64,000 nucleotides of DNA from Bugula neritina (Eukaryota > Animalia > Bryozoa), in assembly GCA_964035545.1 (NCBI GenBank), contig OZ037771.1, positions 6,233,190 through 6,297,189 of the forward strand, read 5' to 3'. Below the pieces are notes generated by a model. That model was not told where the DNA came from, ran no database searches, and was given only the letters and a program-made list of their open reading frames with translations. Positions 11,486-22,400 of this stretch are shown in pieces. The position numbers and the translations under genes are program-made. Every line of letters begins with the position of its first letter. Position 1 is the stretch's first letter.

Positions 11486-13615
11486 TTATGTTTTATCAAC
11501 TAAAGGATCATGTTCAACACGTTCCATGTTAGTAGCATTCATTGTTCTTAGCATATCAGACTGTGTTTGGATCACATCTCTAATTATCTACAATATAACA
11601 GGTTTAACAATACAATTCCATTTTTTTTAGAGAAACCATTAAATTTAATAAGCTTGCAATTTAATATTTTAATAGTTCAATCTGTGTACAGCAACTGTTT
11701 CAAGGTTTATATATACACAAACAAAAACAAACAGCCTTAATAAATTATCAAAGGAAGTTTAATTGAGACAATACAGATAATTAGGACAAGTTAAGTCAAC
11801 TATTTGAGCAAAGTCAAGTAAAAGACTTGACTTAAATCTATTTTAATTGATTTGCAGGAACTTGATAAAAAATCAATATGTGTAATGACTGTTTAAAGAC
11901 ACATAGATTGTCTAAGAATTGGTGGGTAGTTAAACACATTCAGCAGCTTAAATAAAAATATTAAGTTTGTAAAGTCAAGTCTAGCTATGTATGTTGAAAT
12001 TCATATATAACTTCATCAAATAATTTAAACTCAAAGTAACTACAGGAATCATGGTTAGCTGTTATTGAAATTCAATAGCTATTTAATTTCTTTAACCCAC
12101 ATTAAAGGTCATAGTGTTAATAAAACAGTATAGAAACATTAGGGTTTAATAAATTTAAATGCTTAGTGTAAGTGTTGATTAAATTAAATTAGAAAATTCA
12201 GTATTTTAAATTTCAGAAATTTTAAGGATTTACAGCAAGTGAATAAAAAATCTCAAGTCAAGTCAAAGTAGTAAGTCAACCACAGTAAAAAAATTCAAGG
12301 ATTTGGGTTTAAAAGTGCTGGAGTCAAAATGATTTGGGCTCGGTAGTTAACTAGTAACTACATACTTTCATATTAAATTGAAACATAGAATTGTATCCCC
12401 ATGAGTTATTGCATAATTTTAGTAGAGGTAAAACAAAAAGATATTTATTTCATTAAAAGTTCCGATGATGCTTACCTCGTTATATGATCGTTTCAATGAG
12501 CCAGATTTACCACCCTTGTATGACTGCCTTCGCCGTTTGAAATCTCTTTCTTCAGCAAGAACTTCCAGTCTTGACTTAACTCTGTTGTCAGCGTCTAAAA
12601 GACATAACTTTCCAGCCTATCACAAACAACAGAGGATATACTTGTATACAGGTTTGATAGATTGGATTGATAAATTGAACTCATTTCGAAATTCAATGAC
12701 AAAATTGCAACAGTTGACAAACTTAAGTTCAATATAACTAACTTGAATGAGGATTGAGTTCCATTGATGCCAGATTAGCGAAAGCTGCTTCATTCAACTT
12801 TCTCTTCTTCGCTACCTTTGCTTGAAATGCATCATACTCTGCCAATCTTTCTGCACTTGAAAGTTGATCTGAATCTATTCGCTGGGTTGCTGAAATGATA
12901 AAAAATTGAAAATACTTGTTAAAAAGAAAGAGTAGGTAAATTAATATAGGTCTACTGTAGACATTACTGCATCTTAATACAAACAGGATTAGAACAATAT
13001 ACTTTTGTTTTAACTCGGGAAAAACAGCAGCAAGGTTATTAAATATACCGATACAACATACAATATTTCAAATATGACCATTCATTTCGGTGAAACATTT
13101 AAAACCTGAAACTACAAAATGTATATACACTTTGCAAACAACTAGCTATGATAAAAATATAATGTTTCTATGACAACTGAATGTAATTACTTAAAGTTAA
13201 GATGCATTCGTTAATAATAAATGTACATAATGTGGTTAGTGATTACCAGTAGAATGTTGCTGTGACTTTTTGCTTTCCAGTGACTACAAATAACACATAT
13301 TAAGAATATAAATAATTAACCTGAGCTACTATAAATATTCAACTAAGAACTCAGCTAAATTCATGTCCTGAAAATTAAAGAATTACTGGCAAATATCAAC
13401 TTTTTAAAAAGCTGAGTTTTAGTTATCATTTCAGTATAGCAGAAGAAAACCATGCAGATAGTTTCAACATTAACTATTAACATACAACACATAAAACTCA
13501 CCTGCAAATCTTGTTTAGCCGCATGAATGTTCTCATTAAACTTTAATTGATCAACACTACCGAATAGCGAGTTATATTCTTCGAGGACGTTTTCAACGCG
13601 ATCAAATAGCGACAT
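11486..13615 (-). CDS. SNRNP48: U11/U12 snRNP 48-kDa protein-like (SNRNP48/U11-48K), short 172-aa form, 5 coding exons
   Basis: Exons 13615-13502, 13283-13247, 12889-12743, 12594-12476, 11587-11486; GT-AG, in frame, 519 nt. C-terminal block KSRLEVLAEERDFKRRRQSYKGGKSGSLKRSYNEIIRDVI matches the remembered SNRNP48 signature KS.LE.LAE.RDYKRRRQSYR....K.SYTEVIRDVI; also 'LSSAERLAEYD'. Confidence 0.82.
11785..12345. repeat. Probable non-autonomous DNA-transposon remnant with AGTCA-rich subterminal repeats
   Basis: Clusters of AAGTCAAGT / GACTTGACTT near both ends. Boundaries are approximate. Confidence 0.3.
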
Positions 13616-13959
13616 AACCTTTGCAGCAAAATAACTTTTTTGAATACATATAAAATTATGCTAGCTTATTGAGCTAAAACAATCATGCTATTTGCATTTG
13701 TTACATAAAATTCAGCACATGCAACAAACTTACAAGAACTGAATGTTTTGCAACACTAAACTTGAAAATAGTTGTACACAAAAATTGGTAAGCCACAATA
13801 AGAGACTATATGGCAAGTATAATCAAACTGGTTAGGTGAGAAGAGAAACTCCATGTTCTCCATCTAACTCTGATTGTAAAATAGACTTTGTTGAAGTAAT
13901 TAAATAAAAACAGATGAGCAACTGGTATAATGTTTTGTAACCAAGTTGTTTATTACTAC

Positions 13960-15960
13960 TAAGTATAATCCTCAAAGTCAATCTAATAGTTATAATAAAA
14001 GTTATAATACTTATAGACTATACTGTTATATATTTAAATCTTATAGTTATAATAATAGTAATTAAATAAGTAAATGTATTACTAATACTAATGAAAATCT
14101 TATGTCTAACTCTATGACTACAGGCATAGCAATACTAATAAGCAATAGTAATACTAATAGTAGTAGTAATCTTAATACATTAAAACTAAATCAAAATGCA
14201 AGACTTTAAATGTAAGACTTTAATACTAAGAGTAAGCTCATGTCTAACTCTATGACTATAGTAATACTAATAGTAGTAGTGATAGTAATAGTAATATTAA
14301 TAGTAATACGTAATTTCGTACATAGTCGTTTCCTACACCGGTCGTTTCGTACACAAAATGGCAGTTTCATACACAAACTGTTGTATACAAAATAAATAAT
14401 GAATTAACCCTACATTTCAAACCCCCGAACTCAAATAATATCGATGGGTAGGAAACGACCTCAAAAAGTGAGTATGAAACGACTTGTGTACGGAATGACC
14501 TGCACCTGTAATACTAATACAGTAATTGTAAGATTAAAAGTAAATCAAAATCAAAATACTAATAAAACAATACATAAAAAAATAATAATAAATAAGTTTA
14601 AAAAATGATGTAGACAAGTTGCAGTTGAAGCAAATTCTACTTGTTGAATTAAAATTCCAGTCTTATAGAATATGATCCTGAAGTCACTTGAAGATTTCAG
14701 CACAAAAATAGTCACCACTTAGCACTATGATATTCACCACTTAGCACTATATTCACCATTATTGCAACTCAAACTCAATGGTAAATTAATCAAAGAGCCA
14801 GGGAGATTGTAAATACTGAGGTTCATTCGAATAGTAAGATGTACACACTACGGTAGGCAGTAGCGAAATGACTGTTACTAACAATCACGATCATATTTAT
14901 TTTCACAAAACGGACGTCTTGGAGTTAATTTACAATAACTATAATACGATAAACTTACGATCACGGTAAATCTGTTCTCTCAGAAATAATTTAAACTGTA
15001 AGGTTGAAATACTAATACTGGTTACATTGAACATAAAAACAACAACATATAAACTACAAGTTATAAATTATTTTATACTTGGGTAAAAGTTGAGAATAAT
15101 AATGATTCTAGAGAAAGAAAAAAAAGAAATCCAAGTTGTTTATAAAAAATTAAATTGAAGAGTTCCTGAATTAGAATATTATCAATATGAATAACTCAAT
15201 ATGCCTCTGTTGAGAGGCGCACAGCAGGAATAATTGATCTGATACTAATAGTAATAGTATAAGTATTACTATTAGTAATGCTAATAGTTATAGTAACACT
15301 AATAGTAATACTAATAGTAATACTAATTAAATTTAAATACTAAAATACATTAATTTTTAAATATTAAAAGTTTTACAATTACTATTACTATTAGTATTAC
15401 TGTAAGTGTAAAACTAAAACTCAAACTGTAAAATTGAAAATTTAATTATTTTAGAATTAGAATAGCATGCTCATAGCCATACCGGATTTCTCAGAAAACT
15501 CAGACAATAAAGTCTAAAAACGAAGTTAAATTATTAATTACTATCAGACAACCAATGGTTATGAACACTACTTACACACTTAATCTTGTAGTAATACTAA
15601 TCGTTATTCAAATAATATAATGAAAATAGATCTTCAGTCTCATGGACTTCGACTAAATGTGACAAATTAAAGAAGTGGTATAATTGTAATAACGTTTTTT
15701 ATTCTAGTCTAATTAAAACCCTTTTAACATATCGGTTTAATAGTGAGGCTAGTCTTTTACAAAGGGCTAACGAGGAGGCTATTTTTAATAAAAGAACCAG
15801 CCAATCAATATTCGTAAAATATTTTTCTGCGGTCTATAGTTATAGCATTTAAATTTCATTTCCGTTGTCATGAATTGCAAGAACGAGAACTATTTACTAT
15901 TACTATTAGTATTAGTTGTTATGTCCTGTAACTATTAGTAGTTTACAGTTACTATAAATT
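13960..15960. repeat. Patchy TAA-TAG/TAA-TAC periodic low-complexity tracts in the SNRNP48/tubulin divergent intergenic region
   Basis: Examples at 14150-14310, 15243-15325, 15380-15400 and 15893-15915. Confidence 0.8.
14311..14507. mobile_element. Short MITE with inverted subterminal repeats
   Basis: Left arm TTTCGTACA / GTCGTTTCCTACAC / GTCGTTTCGTACAC; right arm GTAGGAAACGAC / GTATGAAACGAC / TGTGTACGGAA. Confidence 0.65.
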
Positions 15961-16424
15961 CGATACAGTCTTGTCCTAGTGAAACCAGCTACAACCATAA
16001 AAATTAAATTTTATTTAAAATTACTATTAGCCAAGTTAAATGCCAAATTTAGGTCCCATCAAAGAAAATTGAATGGTGAATTGAATATCCAATTCCACAA
16101 CCTAAACCAAAATCAAAATGAGCATCTAAAAAACTCATAAACTAGAAGACTTGCAAGACATTCCAAGCACATTTCTCATTTTCATTCTGTTGACTCATCA
16201 TGTTACTCGAAGTTATTGTAGTTGTGCTATCCTAATTCTGCCACTTACAAGTTGATTCAATTTCATGATTGGTTGTAAAATTTTAAGCATTTTATTTCAT
16301 CAATAGCTCTTAGTGACTAAGTTAGTCTTTAGAATTAGTCAGTTAGTACTACGTCAACTGCCATACTCACTGTGCTTTAAATGTTAATTTCAATTTGTTG
16401 TTGAGTTTTTTTGTTGACAAATCG

Positions 16425-19400
16425 ATGGCTACTGTGCCAATATATGTTGGCCAATGTGGTAACCAAATCGGTTATCAGTTTGATGTCAAACGGCATGAAA
16501 ACCAACCATCAACTTCTGAAACTACGAGAGAAAGAACAATCACACACGCTTCTAATACAAGGTTTTTATTTAATATGGTATTGTTGTTTTGTTGTTAATA
16601 TTATCATTATGCATAGGCCTTGTTTAACTAATGCTCTTAGCTGATGCTGGTATTTTTTTCAGTCAATGCTAATTGAAATCAATTGTTTCCTATTGAAGAT
16701 TGTTTAATTTCATTACTTTTTCCTGGTCTATTATAAACAACTTAGTGAATTTAACCAACCTAGTAGGTAGTACATTGTAAAATATGTTATGCAATTTAGT
16801 AAAGCAAGAAAATCTTATAAAGCAGTAACATATTGATCTACTAAATGATTCAAGTATTGCTTTTATAACTATGAAATTAGTATACATAATTTATTTGGAG
16901 TACACCTATACTTTTTAACTACATATATCTTTAAGGAACATATCTTTATGCTCAATTAGTCCGTCACTTTAAAAATGTTCTAAAGATATAAAAAGTAGCA
17001 GAATTACCATCAAAAATGTTAATTCATATACAAATACTGAGCAATAGTTTTATTTTATTGTTATCATTCACACCAATATATTTATATGCCACTTTTTTTT
17101 TCTTTATGCTACTAGGTTTATCACAGCAAGAGAGTGCTTAGTAATAGTAGTGCTGAAGTGCATTATATTAAAATAGTAACTGTAAGACACTGCCGCAGTG
17201 CTTTATCTACTTCATTCAATGGTACAACCTAAAATATTGTTTAGGTCAGGGAAAGTTTTGGACACAAATTATAGAGATTCTATTATGATTGATACGGAAA
17301 GCAAAGTGATCAACAAGCTAGCAAAGCTGCATTTAACTAAATCTAGTGGCAAATTACGTGCAAGAAATCCGTAAGTAAGTCTACTACATGTTTGTCACAG
17401 TAAATGGTGAGGGTATTCTATCATATCATGTTGAAAATATTATCAGCTCAAAATTTCCAATTGCATCTAAACACTCAATATACTGTGGTAGTGGGAAACA
17501 CAGGTTGGAATTTATAAGATAACTTGATTACAGAGTTTCATCAACTGAATGTTGTTTTCAAGTATGGTTCATATAACCAAATTTTCTTTTTTATTTTGAA
17601 CATCTTTTTTATATAAAATTTTCTTGCTATCAAATTCAGGGTAAAAATAGTCTTTCAATTTAGCATTCAAGGTATTGAATGCAATGCTAGCCATTTTATC
17701 ATGCCTATTCACAAGTATGTAAAGTCTAATTTTTGAGATACTACAAGCAGTTGTACAAAATTTTACGTGCAGTGTTGGCATGCCAACTATTTACACACTT
17801 ACTCTCCTAAAACTTCTATATATGTTAAATATATTGTAGTGTTACACAAGTCATAAGAGATGGTAATGCTATCTCTGGAAAAAGAGGCAGGGGAAATAAC
17901 TGGGCACTTGGTAAATGAGATATTTTAGTATAGTAGCTGGCAGACTATTAACTCTTTTTGTATTTTGGGAGTCCTTCAAGAGTGAATTATTTTCTAGGAT
18001 ACGAGGGCATAGGAACTGAGAGTGTGTTGGAGAAAGCCTTAGAGTCAGTGAGGAGGCAGGCAGAAAGGTAGGGAGTTATCTAACTAACATCACAACTGAT
18101 TAAACTTTCGGAGAGGGGGATTATAGTCACTTTCCCCAAGAGAAACCCTGGTGGGAGAGGTTTTTAAGCAAGCTAAGATCTTGTTTTCTGACATGGTGCA
18201 AAATCAATTATTACTAAACGCCCTTCCTAACATCACCAATGGCCTTTATTGGGATTCGAACCACTGACCTTAAGTTTACTAAGCCAGTGCTCGAACCACT
18301 AGACCACGGCTGTTCCTTGTTAACTAATATACTAATATCATAACAAATATCTTGCAATGAGTAGAACAGTTGTCACAGTGAATACTAGCACTCACACTCA
18401 GTTACTTGCAGTGCGTTATATTCATCTAGTGACTCACAGTGACTGCTAGCACTAACACTCAGTTACTAGCAGTGAGTTATTATATTCTATTGATAGGTGT
18501 GACATGTTCAATAACATCCTTCTCATCAGCAGTCTCTGTGGAGGTACAGGTGGTGGTCTAGGCTCTCGAATTCTCGAGTCTCTACGTGGCGAGTTTAGAC
18601 TAGAGCATATTATCTCCTGTGTTGTAGCACCGTTTCTCACTGGAGATACTCCTCTACAGCATTACAACGCTTTGCTCTCATTGGCTTCACTACAGAAGTA
18701 CGTATGCTTGGTTACACTTTGTTGTACTGGTCATTGCATGATGTCATACTGTTCATGTTTTCCCAATGTCTTGTCTGATAATACTACAGTAAATTATCTT
18801 TTTATATGTTGCAATGAATTTGAAATATTATTATCTACCACATTTTATTATCTTATATTTGTTACACATTGCTCTAAAGTTTAAAAGATTTTATGATTTA
18901 AAATATTTCAAAATATGCAATGTTTTTAAAAAATGCTCACGTTTTAAAAATTATTGCAGCTCCAATTATGCTTATACTAATACTAGTTGTGCTCACATAT
19001 CATACTTGAAATATGGTGGTCAACAAAGTTTTCTTTTATTTTTAAATTTTCATAAATTTTTTTGTGTAATTAAAGCAGGTTTTTATGTTTAAAGTTGTTC
19101 AATTGGTAGCTGGAATCGCCAAAGTACAATTGATTGTGTTTTTCAGGTTTTCAGACGCCGTGTTGTTGTTTAAGAATGATATGGTGAGTAGCCATTGCCA
19201 CACAAGTAGCTCTCTAGAGCAAGGGACAGACCACACAGGGATATCATACACTCACATGAACAGATATATCGCATCTTGTCTAGCTGAGGTAACCACGCCC
19301 ACTGATACACTCACACCATCAAGGTTTGTGGCTCACATATAAGAAATAATGGCTAATACAAATATGTTTGAAGAGTGACACTGTAAGAGCCAGCATCATC

Positions 19401-22400
19401 TCTTACTACCATTATAAGGTAATATACTGAATGTTTCAGTGGGTTTGGATGTAATCTAGAGTTATCTGAACTTGTACGCAGTGTCTGTCCTCAGCCAAGT
19501 TTAAAATTTCTCACAACCAACCAGGCAACTAGAGCTACAGATGACGTCAAGGCACTGTGCAACAGTGTAATAAGTCTCACTAAAAAAGAAAGCATGAGCA
19601 CAAAGGTATGGCTTTAACATTACTATTGAATTCAGTTCTGTAACTTGTCATATATGTATTTTAGTATATCTCATACAGTGTACGTCTTCATCTCTACAGT
19701 CATGTGTCTCAACAACGAGCACTCTTTAAGGACCTAAAGGACAAAAGTCTAGTGTCTTTTACTCAATCTTTCATATTATAATGGGTTTTTTAATTTTGAA
19801 GTCAACATACAGTCTTTCAGGTTTTGGCAGTTATTAGCAACTTGTTGAGTTTCACAGCTGATTTTTATTTCAGTGTCACAGTTTATCAAATGTAGCCGTG
19901 ATCCGTGGTTCATCAACTTCCAACTCTATCTATGCCACTCTGCCTGCTATGGAGCAGAGAATTAAGAAAGATTTGCGGGCTGTCAGCTGGAACCCATTTC
20001 CTGTGGACTATTGGTTATGTAAGTTTTACTAGTGCTGACAAAATGTCAAAGTGTTTTGATTATTGTCAATATATTGGCATATTTGAACTTGTTGTCAGTT
20101 TAATAAAGTCTTAACTTCTAGAGTGACTTTAATCAACACACCGCTATGACAGAAACATTACTTGCTTTCATTGCGAAGGTGTGGGCCGGCGCTTTGTTTT
20201 GTGCTGATGGGGAGACAAGTCTCAAAACAGTCGCACTATTCACAGATTGACTTGTATATGTGACCAGTCGCGACAAAACCGGGGATGTGGCGGCGTTTAT
20301 TAAGTGTAGTAAATGAAGGCTTAATTTGGAAATACTTAAATTTGAAATTAATTTCCAATTTTTAGATTTTAAACTTTTCTAATGCAAAAAAATCCAAGGA
20401 TTTCAAAAATCATACTTTCGTAAGCATTTAATGATTCCTTCAGCTCTAAAATTGCATTTAAAGTTGGTAACTAAGGCTTTCAATTTTCTAAATGATGAAA
20501 AAATTGCGAAGTTATCAATTAAAGAAAGAGGACAATTTTAGTCATTTTCATAGCGTGAGATCTTGCAAATTTATTTTTTATCAAATAAATTTAGCTTCCA
20601 CCTCTTTCTTCGTACTGTCAGAAACATCATATTAAAAATCGAAGGCTAAGTTTAGTTTTTCATCGCGTTCCATCCAAAGTTAGCTTTTAAGTTACTGAGC
20701 TGTTTTGCCCTTTGGTGATAAATGCTGAACTTAATCTTTATCTTTAGCGTTCAAGCTTGAAAACCGCAACAATACAGGTAATTATACTCAAAACAATCAT
20801 TTACGCTACTAACTTAGAATTGTTGCCAAGATTATTTGTAGTTATCAATTTATTAATATTTGTACTATCAGTATCACTAGGAGTAGCCGTAGGAGTATCA
20901 CTATCAGTATGTCTTAGTCTATTCTATTCTATACTACTACTAGTACTACTACTCAACTAGTAACTATTTAAATGACTCTCACTATGACTCACAGTTTGAG
21001 GTACGGTTACTCATGATGATAATCATAATGATTATCATTCATGATTTACTGGTATTTGGTAGTAAAACCAAATGTAACTCATTATGATTAATAATAATAG
21101 TATAACTATAACTATAAGTTATAGTTATACTATTAATATTAATGAGTTACATTTGGTTTTACTACCAAATACCAGTATCAGTAAATCATGAATGATATAA
21201 TACTATCAGTATGAGTATCAAGTTTTAAGAGCAAAGGCGAAACTCAGAGTCAGACTCAAATACTAATACAGTAAATGTAATACTAATATTATTAGTATTA
21301 CATTTACATTAGTAATAAGTAATAAGTAATAGTAAGAGTGAATTTATAATTATTAATTACTTATACTTATAGTATAAGTATAAATAATTAATAATTATAA
21401 ATTCACTCTTACTATTACTTATTACTCATTAGTATTACTGTATTAGTATTTGAGTCTGACTCTGAGTTTCGCCTTTGCTCTTAAAACTTGATACTCATAC
21501 TGATAGTATTATATTTATTGATTTATTCTATAGTTAATATTTCAATTTACATTAGACTTACTCTTACTCTTAGTCTTAGTAACTTTTAGCCTCTGTCTTA
21601 GATTTTGTCAATACAGTTACTGATTACTATTACTATTAGTATTAACATTAGGCCTACTAGTACTAGTCAAACTACCGGTTCCTTTTGTGATTTTTAAATT
21701 AGCTCAAAGTTTGATTTAAAATATAATGATAAAATCTTTATCACATTATGCAGGCTTACAGTTAGTGTTACTATCAAAACTCAATTGATAATCATATTTA
21801 TATTGATAAAAGCATCACCTATAACCAAATTGAAATGATAAATGTGACTAAATGTAAATGAGTATAATGATAAAATATTAATGCGAGTTCATGATGATTC
21901 TATAGTTGACTGACTTAGTTTTTCAGTAAGTTACTTTTAGTCCTATTTAGTGAGTAGTAACACTAACTGAATACATAAATAGTCTAAACTTTTTAATTTT
22001 ATTATAAGATGAGCAAAAATTTATTCATATTTTAAAGTAATTTATTGAATTCAAATTGATTTTATAGTAAATGTCTTTAATAGATTCAATTGCACTTAGC
22101 TAGCTTTTTTACTCAATTAAATGCCTGAGTGGTTAATAGTTATCTAAAGACATTGCTTCAAAATTGCCAATTGCAGAGATGCTAGATATTCAAGTGCATA
22201 ATGTGTAATTTTACTGATAATACTATGTTAATATAGAATAATCCTATATTCTGTACATTTTAGAAAGTGCACTTGTGAGGGCATTAGAGTGAAGACTTAT
22301 ACCTACACAACTCTGCTACCTATCAATCTAATACTTCTAATGTAGACACTCCGAATTTTGGCTTGCAAGGTTATGGCTTCTGCTTATTTCATTCATAAAA

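Noticed and set aside
15800-16424. RFX X-box for the ciliary tubulin promoter
   Set aside because: Only half-site-like matches (GTTGTCATG); not convincing.
18240-18316. tRNA-like sequence as a true tRNA gene
   Set aside because: No proper acceptor stem, and it continues into a shared SINE body found in six copies.
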